A model generated the notes under the pieces. That model searched no databases. It saw nothing but the letters and a program-made list of their open reading frames with translations, and was not told where the DNA came from. A stretch of 59,634 nucleotides of DNA, filler included, from Asterionella formosa (lineage: Eukaryota), in NCBI GenBank assembly GCA_002256025.1. It is 11 parts of 11 records of this genome, joined end to end, with 100 filler letters (N's around TTAATTAATTAA, not from the genome) between each part and the next. Parts side by side here need not be neighbours in the genome. Positions count along the whole stretch, not along the records: positions 1 to 5,341 come from NKIB01013109.1; positions 5,442 to 10,780 come from NKIB01013110.1; positions 10,881 to 16,217 come from NKIB01013111.1; 8 more parts are not named here. One strand, written 5' to 3'. Below, in pieces: positions 1 to 11,669 of the stretch (position 1 is the first letter of the stretch; each line of letters starts with the position of its first letter). The position numbers and the translations under genes are program-made.

Positions 1-1945
1 TTTTTTGCTAGTCTAGAAACAGCTACTGTGCTGCTACATAGCAGGAGAATAGTAAAAATACTATATTTATAGAAACTAGCTAGCTAGTTTATCTAGTACT
101 ACACTTCTTCATTGACAAGAGTTTGTGTTTGTCCCTCTAGAAAAATGGAATTTCGGTTGATTGTTGGATTTCAGCTGCCCAGCCAGACCAACACGACTGC
201 ATTGGACAGTTCTCCTCTAAATTTACGACCTTCTCTTCCACCAGGATGCAGAGGAAACCCTTGTCCCAGAACAATTTCCAACAAGCAACATTGTTGACCT
301 AAGAAGATGATGATGATGTTGATAGTTCAATATTGTCACACTGTGGCAGGATCTCAATCAGCAGCCAACTGTGGAGTATCAATCAAAGCAGTATTCTTGC
401 ACCATGGGAGCGCAAGTGACAAGTGACGAGTGACTGACGAGTGACGACGAGTGACGAGTGATTCAAATGCTGCTAGATCAGGACGACTGCCCAATTCGCA
501 AAGCTTCAGTCCTTGCTTTCAAGAATTCAAGATACACTCATGTTGATCTCGTCCAATATTGCTACTGTCACTACATCCAGGAGCAAGGGACAATCAAATC
601 CCGATTCATCAACAGAATCGGACGACCACATGTAGTGATGAGTGAAAACTATTTCTGACTTGAAGGAGGCAACCTCATTTATTAGACAAGACTAAGCTAT
701 GTTTGCATGGCTGGTCACCGTGATGTTGGTCTCGCTGCTGCTCAAGTGCTTGCATGCTTGATGGATTCTGGAAAGAACCTTTGTTGGGATCATTGAATCT
801 AACTTATCACAAGAAAGGAATCTCGATTATCGAATGGCCTGATGTGAGAAGCGGCCTAACAAATCATCGTCAATGAAAACATTGAAACCACACAAATACG
901 ACTATGTAGTCTGCACTCCGGTATTCGCCTCAAGCTGTGCCGTGTTATACCTCTTCATCAACACGGGCATTGGTTGTTCCCTACCGGTATGAGAAAATTA
1001 CGTGTGAGGTAAGAGGGTACAAGATACCCAAAACACCCTATGGTACCCCCAGGTACCATTTGTACTGGTACCTGGAGCAATATGTACAAGGTATGTACTC
1101 CTTGCCATCATGAACAACAGCCGTGCGCTGGCTGGGAGTTCCGGGAAAGTCCGAATACTATTGCGAACATTTGTCCACACATGCATACCGTATGTAACAT
1201 AAACCATACAAAACTGTAGACTACCATGGTGCTAGCCTCTATGCTCATCAGTTTGCAGAAGAAGCAAAGGAGGAAGAGATGGAAGCCATTGCATCGGAGG
1301 ATTTGGCAGGAGCAATGCTCCCTCAAGATGCCAAGAAAAAGTATGTCGTTGGATCCAGCAAAGAAACTTCGTTTGCAGAGGAGGTGAAAGTGGAAGACCA
1401 ACAGAAGAAAGCCGCAGTTGTCGTGCCTCCTCAAGATGACAACGATACGGAAAACCGACTCGCTGTTTTTTTTCATCTTTTTGCGTTCCATAAAGATAAA
1501 GTCCTGTTTCTTCGAAGGATACTGGGGGATGCACTACCGGTAGCTATTGACACTGAAACTGAAGCACCACGAGACGACTCTTTGCGGTGACGGATGAGCA
1601 ATTCCGGCTATTGAGACAGGAAAGTGATCATCACATCCGTCTTGGCTCGACCCACCAGCAGAAACGTAAAGGAGGCATCATTCATGATACAACTCCTGCT
1701 GAAGTAAAGCATGAAGCAGGAGCAAAAATACGCCGTAGTCGTCATGTTCATGTTCATGATCATGGTGAACAAAAGGGTACTACTCGACGAGAACTGACAT
1801 TGCAACATGCCGGAAGGGAGAAAGCTGTTGCTACTACAGCAACAACAACAACTACTACTACTACTTTCAATGAGGCATGTGATATCAATGCAGTTATATC
1901 TTAATCAATTTTTATCATGACTACATCAAGAAAACTGATAACATA

Positions 1946-4182
1946 TCACTTATTGTTCTTCCTCCGAAGTGTTGAGCGTTTTGGCTGTTTTTCCATCTTC
2001 ATGCTGTCAAGTTCTTCCTGCAGCTTTGCTATCACATCACTTAAAGCTGTAATTTGTTCTAAAGCTTTCCTTTCTCTTTCCATTACCTCCTTTATGTCCT
2101 GAGTATTCCTACAAACTTCATCCTTGTAAGCTTCACGATGATCTGCATACATTAGACCACCATCACTTTGTGGAGGGGCCTTCATCTTGGACAAATCTTT
2201 TTTAACTGCATCTAATTCGCGCTCAACTTTGGCTCTATCTGCAAGAGAATCATTCAACCTCTGGGAGTATTGCTTTTGAGAATCTTTCAATGTCTTCACT
2301 TCTGCAGCAAGAGAATCCACATCAACTCCACTGGATCCTTGGATGATCAAGGCATCTTTATCACTGACCACTTTCGTTTTGTCAGTTACGCAGGATTTGA
2401 TGTCTTGATTCAAAACAGAACCATTATTTGCATTCATGGTAGTGACTGTATTCGGAAGTTGAATCTTTGGTAGTTTCTTAACTTCATCAATGGTCATGTT
2501 TAAGGTATTTGCAGCAAGACATTCATGCAGGTTTATCTCGAAATTGAAACTATCAAAAAGATTGTAGAGAGGAGTATCTACTCCTGGCTTCATTATGTGA
2601 GCAAGAGCACAGTCAGCAACTGCACATCCTTTGTCCCTTGCTGGTGTGTTTGCTTTCTCAGCCAGCAACAGCGGCATGGATGTCTTGAATTTCCCAAACT
2701 TGTCATCAATAGAGCCAAATGCTTTGTTAGCATGCAATGCCCTTACCATTATTCTAGCAAAGCACTCCACATCATACTTGTATGATGCAAAATTGTTTCT
2801 CTTCAGGGAAGCTAGAGTGGCAAAATCTGCAACATTAGCAACGCCCAACCAGCGATCTCGACTCTCTTTGAGTTGAACAATCATCTGAAGGAAAGACAAA
2901 ACTGTATGCGCACCAGGGACTGGTACGTTTTTCTTAACAACTTCGATGGCAGTAGCAACCAGTGCACCAATTTTGGTATTCTTGATCAGCTCAACTCCAC
3001 CATTTCTAAGAAAAAGGTTGGTGATAGATGAGCGTACAGAACCTTTTTTTTACCTGTCACCATGTCTGAGGAAAGACCCTCACAAGCTCCAATCATACAG
3101 TTTAGTTTGCCAAAAAGTTCTAGATAGAACTGACTGTATTTCTTACAAGAAAGGATTGCCTTTTGTTCCTCCCGATCGTCAGAATCCTGGCTTGTTTTTT
3201 CAAGTAATATATTCAATATTTCCTGATGCTTGGTTGTGAGTTGAAAACTAAATGCTTGATTTGACTTCTTGTCTTCAAAAGATTCAATGAGAATCTTAAT
3301 ACGTTCATTGTCTTCTTGCGTCTTTGCAATGAGATTGACTAGATTCTCATGTACAATGTGATCATTGTCTCCTTTTGTATTGGTGCCTTCCTGTTGTTGA
3401 TTAGTTAAAAACATATCTTCGACAATGGGATCAGTGGGATTGTTACTGCTTGATGTTGAAGTTGTTGGAGAAGAAGGATGTGCTGCATTTGTTGTTGTTG
3501 TTGTTGATAATGTTGGCTGAGTTGTGATGGCTGCTGTTGGTTTGCGGTTCTTGTTTCCATCAACCAGTTTATGAATATCATTTAGTAAATTATTACCAAT
3601 TGAATTATAATTGACATCAAGTTTAGTCAAGACAGTATTGACCTTGAGAGCTTCTGCAATGTCCTTGGCTCCGTCAACACCAATTGAATTACTCGAGAGA
3701 TGAGCCTTGAGAGCCTCTGCAATGGCCTTGGCGCCATCAACACCAATAGAAGTCCATCGGAGACCAAGTTCAGTCAAGACCATTTTTTGAATATCATTTA
3801 GTAAATTACTATCAATTGAATTAGCTCCGAGATAAAGTGTAGTCAAGACAGTATTGTCCTTGAGAGCCTCTGCAATGGCCTTGGCTCCGTCATCACCAAT
3901 TGATTTACTCGAGAGAACAATTGTAGTCAAGACAGTATTGTCCTTGAGTGCCTTTGCAATGGCCTTTGCGCCCTTAACACCAATTGAATTCCAGTCAAGA
4001 TAAAGTGAAGTCAAGACAGTATTGACCTTGAGAGCCTCTGCAATAGCATTTGCGCCATCATCACCAATTGAATTATCTCTGAGATCAAGTGTAGTCAAGA
4101 AAGTATTGACCTTGAGAGCCTCTGGAATGGCCTTGGCTCCGTCAACACCAATTGAATTACTTCCGAGATCAAGTGTAGTCAA
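1946..4182 (-). pseudogene. RNI-like (NLRC3-type, 28-aa) leucine-rich-repeat protein with S/T-rich linker, helical C-terminal domain and coiled coil; frameshifted and 5'-truncated
   Basis: Repeats AEALKxNTVLTxLxLxxNSIGxDGAKAI in ORF 2986..4182. The frame of ORF 1946..2899 stays open upstream to the T8 run at 3044-3051; one extra A fuses the two ORFs (..MVTGKKK-GSVRSSITNLFL..). No ATG start; the LRRs begin abruptly at about 4186. Confidence 0.8.
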
Positions 4183-4185
4183 GAC

Positions 4186-4660
4186 ACAAAAGTAAGAATA
4201 GTAGAAAGTGCTTTACAGGTTTTTATGTGAATTTGACCCTTGACAATGCGGCTGTCGAGAGTGCGCCCGCCGCGAAGGAGTTATATAAATTGTTGAGTCT
4301 GATTAGATGTTGAAGGGTTTGGGTAGAAGTGGGGGGATTGGTTGATCCATTGTCAGATGTTTATCTTTGCAGAATATGGTGGTAAAAAAAGGACAGATTG
4401 CAGTGGCAATCAGGGGAGCCGCATTGGATGGACGTTTCTTGGTGCTGTGAGGAGTGTCAGAGAGAGTCGTTTGTTGGGGGAGTCAGGGAAGGTGATTGCT
4501 TGGTGCTTGAAGTACACGCCAAGTTGTTGGGGTTGTCCAGCCCCGACAGAGCGATGATTTTGCCAAGGCTTTCTTGGATGCGGGATTGGGAATGAAGAGA
4601 GTGTCGTCGTCCATAAGGTCATTGGGAAAATTGTTGGTGGGGTCGGTGTTAGGGTTACTC
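4186..4660 (-). mobile_element. Possible 3' end of a non-LTR retrotransposon or other insertion separating two gene fragments
   Basis: Composition shifts to C/A-rich on the minus strand. It carries a small GC-rich pseudoknot-capable motif (GCGGC..GACAGCCGCATTGTC) followed by CATAAAAA, and both neighbouring ORFs end at its edges. No RT motif seen. Confidence 0.3.
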
Positions 4661-5341
4661 TGGTACTGTAGGATGGTTCAACAATTGGAGTTAGCTTCTC
4701 CCAATCCAACTCACAAAAAGGTTTGCTTGAAAGGAGTTGCTCAAGCTGGGCTCTAACAGGATCATTTATCAATTCATTTGTTAATTTCTCAATTGAATCC
4801 ATTGGAAAATTAATACCAGCTGAAAATTTAACAATAGGTGCTGCAACTCTTAGAAGAAACAGAGCACATCTGATAGCAGGTGCAACATCTGTCACCCTTT
4901 TCCTGGTAACATGCGTAGTAAAACAGGCGTCTTTTACATCAACACCTGAATGCTGACAAACAAAGAGTAACTGAACTTAAGTGTTAATCCAAAGTTTTGG
5001 CCATTTCAAGATTGGAACCCCTTTTTCATTGAGTGGTACAATACAGACAATTCTGGGACACCTTGCATCTACTCCAGCAGTAAGATTAGCAAGGGCCTTT
5101 GCAAGTCGTGGCAGTTGACTTGCTCCATCAGTGATCTTCTCAAGAATCTCTTTGTTCCCCTCCTGAATCTGCTTCAGAATCTATTTTTGGTCTTGCCAGA
5201 GTTTGGACCATTTGTCATTTTCATCTCGTTTCTTCACATGAAGCTTATTGAGATAGCTTAGGTCCTCCTTAGAAAAGGTCTTGTCACAACCATTGATTTG
5301 GCAACAAATGGTCTCATCACCAAGATGTGTATAGACATGAT
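4660..5341 (-). pseudogene. Fragment: Cys/His (RING-like) segment, coiled coil, and Roco/TRN1-like C-terminal module
   Basis: Manual translation: HVYTHLGDETICCQINGCDKTF..ARCPRIVCIVP..QLLFVCQHS..RVTDVAPAIRCALFLL, with in-frame stops at about 5182 and 4978. Homologous to the C-terminus of the kinase at 7175-7923. Confidence 0.6.
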
Positions 5342-5441
5342 NNNNNNNNNNNNNNNNNNNNNNNNNNNNNNNNNNNNNNNNNNNNTTAATTAATTAANNN
5401 NNNNNNNNNNNNNNNNNNNNNNNNNNNNNNNNNNNNNNNNN
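5342..5441. other. Artificial contig linker N44-TTAATTAATTAA-N44
   Basis: Identical 100-bp spacer with stops in all six frames, recurring 10 times. Confidence 0.98.
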
Positions 5442-7923
5442 CCTCTTCTTCTCGCTTTGCAACAAGGAGATTATCCTGATTTTGAGGTCGTCTGTATTTT
5501 GATTGAAAAACACCCAGATGCGACTAACACTCTTGATAATGAAACGAGTTATAATCCATTTGAATATTGTGGTTCCAGGCTCCTTCAATCGATAAAGAAA
5601 TATGCAACCCTTGATGTTGGAGATGGGCATCTGTCTATCGAACAATTCGAGTTACATATGAAACTGTCAAGTCCTATTGAAATTTGGTACAAGGTTTTGC
5701 GGCTTTTGTGTGCATCCCTCAATGACGTTGGCGACCTCAAGCAATTGTGCATGCTAGACACACCCCAAGCTGAGAAAGTTCCAGAGAGGCTGAGCGATTT
5801 CTTTGTTCCAGATGGTCTGGGCTTTTTCTTTTGGGTGCTCGCCACCAATGATTTTGATCGAAGCAAGACTCTCCCATGCCTCGATTTGAATCATGCACCA
5901 ATAACTAACTGGACCGTTTTGGAAATCTTGGTTGATCTTGGAACAGCTGATGCAACCAATATATTCTTCCAGATAAAGGAACAGCTGAGAGGGTCCGAAG
6001 AACAGGATCAGCTGGAAATCTCCATTAATAATCATAGCGCAACAAAAGTAGCATCATTTCTGTCCATTGCTCAAGTTAAAAAAGAGACATGGCAAAAGGT
6101 TGCCAATAGGGCAAAGTTGTCCACGCTTCCCAAGCTCAAAGAGTGGGGTGATAAATACGGAAGGTTTCTTGGAAAATATCTAATACAGGAGGAGAAGCAT
6201 TTGTCAGATACCTGTGTCGTTTATTTTGGAACAGAATTAAATGATAGATCTGAAAACACGAAAGAAACCAATGTTAAAGTTGAACAAAAGAAAGAAACCA
6301 ATGTAGCTCTCAAGTTCTTTAAAGACAGTTCCGCCTTCCTGCGTGAATTGGTAAAGCGGGACGTGATCAGGGGCAAAGTAACTGCTATCAATCCTGCAAC
6401 CCAATTTGTTATTGGTGTGAGAGCTGCATATTCAGACAGCAAGAAAGGGCTGAATGCATCTGCTTGTCCACATGTTGAGTTTGATAGTAACCAGACAATC
6501 GAATGGAAAAGGAAAAAAGGAGACGTTGAATTCAATCATCTCATAGTCATGGAACGTGGGGGAAGGAATGACCTCAGTGATGTTATCTCGCATCAAAACT
6601 TTGTTGCAAAGGACATTTTAAAGGTGCGTGACATTGCAATTGCAATTGCTCGGATCCTTGAGTTTCTAAATGAAAAGTGTGGAGTTATGCATGGAGATGT
6701 GAAAACTCGAAATTTCGTGCCCCTAGGTGAGGATGTTGTAATCGCCTCACCTGATCATGATGACGTTGTTATATATGCTGCAATCGATCTTGATAATGCA
6801 GCATTAATTGGCAAAGAATATGCTGGTCAGAAGAGAACAAGCTCTGGATACATGCCTCCCGAACAGGCTAAAGTTGAGTACTATTTGCGAAAGGAGAAAA
6901 AGGGTGCTTGTCCTGCAGATGTTTTAGCCAGTCCCCAATACGATATGTGGTGCTTTGGAGCCCTTCTTTATTATCTCTGTACTGGTGAACAACTTTTTGT
7001 AGTGGATGATCATGAAGAAGTAAAATTGGGCGAGCTAAAGAAAATAGTAGATTGGAGTGAGAAAGATTGTGTAGAAAAGGTTGATATCAATGTGCCATTC
7101 ACCAGTGTCTGGCAGTTCATGATACCTCTGCTTAAAAGATTGCTTATGAGCGATCCAAAAAAACGTTTCAAGAAGTGGGGGAAATTATTACGGCACTCAA
7201 GGAAGGTGATATTTATATCAAGATGGAAGCTTTGGGAAAACAAGTGGCAGAAGGAGATGGTGATATTCATACACAGTTGGAAGCTTTGGGAAAACAAGTG
7301 GCAGAAGGAAACTCTTTTTTGAAAACTGCATTTTCAGAAGTAATGAAGAGTCTTCATAGAATAGATGCTGAATTAAAGGGGAGCTGTCCCAGACTTGTCT
7401 GTATTAAACTATCCAGTCAAATAACATGACTTGTCTAAGCAACTTGGCCAAAACTGAAGTGGCTATATCCTTTATTTGCCAGCATTCATTTGAAGTTGTT
7501 GAAGAAACAATTTTTTTTACCAAGATTAACAAGCAATGGGTGGAAGATATTGCACCTATCATTAAATTTACTGTGGCTTCTCTATCTCTTGCAACTGAAG
7601 GAATAGCCATAGGCATGGCTAATCCAATTTTTGCCATGATTGGATCATTGTTTGGATTAGCCAATACATTGCTAAATGATCAGCTTGGAGTGAGTTTAGA
7701 TGAATTGCTAAAGGATAAGCTTGGAGTGAGTCTAGAATCTCTTCAGGATCTAAATAAAGGAGTGTCTCTACCTCCACTTATTGGAAAAGCATACAAAATA
7801 ATTTCTGAGAAGGCTCATAAGGAAAAGCATTCTGGGTGGAAAGAACATCTGGTCTCTGTTAAATCAAAGGATACAGGTGATGATATATGGGTGAAGAAAG
7901 AGTTTGAAGACAAATACTTCTGA
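5442..7923 (+). pseudogene. Ser/Thr protein kinase (HGD/DLD variant family) with coiled coil and Roco-like C-terminal module; two frame disruptions; 5' end cut by contig edge
   Basis: Kinase motifs NVALKFF, MHGDVKTRN, IDLD, SSGYMPPEQ, YDMWCFG in 5457..7322. A 1-nt shift at the G5 run near 7177 enters ORF 7175..7429 (SCPRLVCI). A second break near 7427 enters 7426..7923 (FICQHS..WVEDIAP..IWVKKE). Confidence 0.85.
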
Positions 7924-8412
7924 TATGGTCAGGGCTGTTCTTATCATTTTTTAGGGATAGGTTTTTTTTGCTAACTCTAATGTTTCTTTGTCCTAATACC
8001 GATTGATTATATCTTTGGTTCATTATATGACTTGGCAGGGAATAATTGTTTTTATTTAGGTGGCGCTATTGCTTTTCCTGCCTCATATCTTCCATGTACA
8101 AACATATATATACATCATCCCTTTAGGGTTAGTCAGGGTTAGGTTCCACTTTGTTCCCAACTACAATCAGGGAATTTGTTATTAGCCTCAGACAGTTCCT
8201 TAAGGTTGCGGCTCTGCAGTTACACATCACGAGGTCTGTTTTTTTCCAAAATAATTTTATTATGGACTTCAATCCACACAGTACATGCAACGAAATAGAA
8301 TAGTTAAAGGTAAAATTAGCTTTCACCAATACGACCACTTTGCATATGCTTAGATTCAGTCATGGGTCTACTTAAGGGTATGATCTATACACAGATATGG
8401 TAAGGACTCCAT

Positions 8413-8533
8413 TTCTGGGGAGAAGTGGCAGTTATGTATCATAGATTTGTAACTACCGTAAAAATAGTCAAAAAAAGGGGCTACGAAGCTTTTCAAAATA
8501 TCTACGATACATAACTGCCACTTTTCTCCAGAA
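8413..8533. repeat. 34-bp inverted repeat pair, probably subterminal to the adjacent DNA transposon
   Basis: 8413-8446 TTCTGGGGAGAAGTGGCAGTTATGTATCATAGAT versus the reverse complement of 8500-8533: 3 mismatches, 53-bp spacer. Confidence 0.85.
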
Positions 8534-8774
8534 GTTAACTCCTGACGTTATAGGGTATACGGCTATCTATTTTAATCGTCATGAAACCCCGTAGATGTAG
8601 AGCAATCCTCTTCCAAAAAGTCGACCCGATCGGCTTTTTCAACAGTAGCCAAAATATTAGAATCGGAGTTTGTACGTGCGAAAACATTGTTGTAAACATA
8701 TGAGTCTTGTATAGGTATATTTGACTGTATAATTCTCCGTCCAAAAAGACTCCATGGTAAGTTCCTGCATCACT

Positions 8775-9595
8775 TTACATATTCTGATTGGTTGAATTGA
8801 ATTTACTCACCTGCTCCAGCTTGACTGGAGTATCCCGGTCTTGTAAAATTACGCCAGCCACACTTGAACAACATGTATTAGACTCATCTGTAAAATCAGT
8901 ATTACCAGTAGTTTCATGTACGCGTTCAAAATGAGGAGCTGCTAGCATTTTGCTGTTGTTGTATTGACAAAGTGCACTTGTCCCTCTCAAATGATCGTCA
9001 TGTCCGCAATTTTTGCATTTCTTGGCAGCGGGAGATTGAATACTTTCTTGAGTATCCATGGTGAATGCCATACCTGATTCGTAAGTTCTTCTTCTTTTCT
9101 TGTCCATCTTTTCTTGTTTCATTGTTTCAAATCGTGAACTATGGATTGCTTCGCTTCGTTTGCTTTTCCTTGTGGGTTTTTCTTGTATTCAGCATCATTT
9201 GTTTTTTTTTGCCGTTGACTCCAAAAAGTTTTGTCGGGTCGACAAAGTCATCCCCAACATTTCGTATACATCTGACATGTATTAATCAGCGCCTTGTGTC
9301 TGCTGTCCTGCCACTAATGCTACTACTCGATAGAGCAGGCTTTGGGAGCCAGCAAACATTTTGTTTTTTGGACAATGCCTTGCAACAGCATTGCTCATCG
9401 CCTCATTCAAGTTTGTTGTCGGGTTGACAAAGTCATCCCCAACATTTCGTATACATCTGACATGTATTGATCAGTGCCTTGTGTCTGCTGTCCTGCCACT
9501 AATGCTACTACTCGATAGAGGAGGCTTTGGGAGCCAGCAAACATTTTGTTTTTTGGACAATGCCTTGCAACAGCATTGCTCATCGCCTCATTCAT
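8775..9595 (-). mobile_element. Mutator-like (MULE) transposase C-terminal remnant with zinc knuckle
   Basis: NEAMSNAVARHCPKNKMFAGSQSLLYRV resembles the NESxNxxIxxxxPK motif of Mutator-like transposases. It is followed by a basic helix, YESG and CKNCGHDDHLRGTSALC. Confidence 0.65.
9231..9594. repeat. Tandem duplication, 185-bp period
   Basis: 9231-9409 and 9416-9594 are nearly identical. The period is not a multiple of 3, so it disrupts the MULE frame. Confidence 0.95.
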
Positions 9596-10702
9596 CTGAA
9601 GTCAATCATGATACCGGTGGCGAAAATGCCATGTGCAAACGGGAAAAGACGCGTACTCCGCGTGCTACTAGATACCGGCACAAGTGCCTTGATCATTTTA
9701 GCAAAACATACGAACCCAACTTTAATATATACCACCATAGATAGTACAAATAGTCCTACCATATGGAAGACTATGGGGGGTGGGGGGATTTCGTTACTAA
9801 GAAAAAGGGACTAATTAAATTTAGTTTACCCGAATTTTTTTTGAATAAAACAATTCAATATAGTTGTCACATAGACGACACAACATATGCTACTGACGCA
9901 TCCTACGATATGATTATCGGACGGGATCTCCTAAGCGCGCTCGCCATTGACATTTCTTTCACGAGGCACGAGTTAACATGGGAAGGAATTTCCGTCCCCA
10001 TGAAAAAACGTGGTTCACTACGAGATAGAGAACATGCCGACGAGCTCATGTTAAACTTAAATGAAGGTGTCCTCACGACTGAGGCCACTTCACGCATTAA
10101 ACGAATACTAGATGCTAATTATCTTAAACAAGTTACCAGCAGTATATTGACTATAGACAAAAATGAACAGAGAGAATTACGAGTATTGCTCGAATCCTTC
10201 AAACATTTATTCGATGGTACCCTGGGAGATTTCGATACTGCACCAGTCAGCATAGAATTACTCCCTGGGGCAATACTGTACCACGCACGCCAAAACTCAG
10301 TACCGGTCATCCACAAGGAGACCGTCCGAAAGGAAATACAATGGGTTGTGATTTAGGCGTGTTGGAGAAATGTAATGACTCGGCACATGCCGCGCCTACA
10401 TTCATTATAGAAAAAAAACAGGTAGTGTCCGCGTAGTTTCGGACTTTCGCCGGCTTCATGCAAAAATATCAAACGAAAAAACGTTTCCTATCCCAAAAAA
10501 ATCCGAACTCATCCAAGAGCTTGAACAAGGGTTTACATATGCCACGGCATTAGACCTTAACATGGGATACTATACAATTCGTTTAGATAAAGAGGCACAA
10601 AACTTATGTACTATAATTTTCCCTTGGGGCAAGTATAGATATAAGCGATTACCAATGGGAATCAAATGTGCACCGGACATTTTTCAAGAAAAAATGTCAA
10701 AC
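9596..10702 (+). mobile_element. Ty3/gypsy pol remnant (aspartic protease plus N-terminal reverse transcriptase), frameshifted
   Basis: LLDTGTS and YDMIIGRDLL (protease); LFDGTLG, VRVVSDFRRL, ALDLNMGYY, PWGKYRYKRLPMGIKCAPDIFQ (RT), spread over several frames. Confidence 0.92.
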
Positions 10703-10780
10703 TTCGCCTCTTTTTACAAACTCTTAAACCCTAGCCTACATAGTTACATACCGGTAGTAGCCTTCATAGTAGCCTTCATA

Positions 10781-10880
10781 NNNNNNNNNNNNNNNNNNNN
10801 NNNNNNNNNNNNNNNNNNNNNNNNTTAATTAATTAANNNNNNNNNNNNNNNNNNNNNNNNNNNNNNNNNNNNNNNNNNNN
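10781..10880. other. Artificial contig linker
   Basis: N44-TTAATTAATTAA-N44. Confidence 0.98.
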
Positions 10881-11669
10881 GCTGTGTGCGGAACCATTAT
10901 GAGTTCGAATGATTTCTTCTCAGTGAACTCTTAATTGAATGATTATGAACAAAGGTTCACTGCATACGGCAACAAACAAATGATGCAAGTTCCTCTGACT
11001 GTCTTTGTTGTGGAGTGAAAAGTCGCTATCGGAGGGCAATACCTCGTTATGAAAGTTCTGCTGGCCTGATTTGAGGATCAATGGCTTGCTTTTTGAGAAA
11101 AGCTGAAATTTCTATGTCTCTGTCACATGTTTTAAGTTCACTCATGGCATCATCCTTGTTGTCATCAGGAGATGAGAGGTAAGCCGACATGCTGGTCAGT
11201 GGCTGACTCACACTACCGGTTGTGAAATTATGGCACTCATGAGGACAATTAACAAGAGGCAGCATAACACGAAAGAGGATGCATCACTATGAAACTATAA
11301 CTGTTATAAATTTCAGTTAGGGGTAGTGTTACAAATCTAAAATGTCAGATAACTAATCTAAAATATCTTGATTATCAGAGCGCGACGACATTATCATGCA
11401 TCAAATCGCCAAAATAATTTGTGTTAAAATACACATGTGATATAATTATTTTTTTAAATATCAGAGTGCGCCCACTGATCCAGCATGACTTGAGAGGATC
11501 AATATTTATTGCCACCAGAAATTAGATGCCTTGTCTATACTTGCTGCCAGACCTCATATTGCAGCATGTCATGAAAATAGAGGTATGATCGACTTATTAA
11601 GACTCAAGCATACTTTCGCATAATCAATACAGTTTAGAAAATATTATAGACTACCACACATGTTCTACA

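Noticed and set aside
414..460. Short (GAGTGAC)-like tandem repeat
   Set aside because: Simple degenerate microsatellite with no spacers; not CRISPR.
458..1904. Short ORFs, including an ISIIEWPD peptide reminiscent of TsaE
   Set aside because: No P-loop or continuous frame; no family can be supported.
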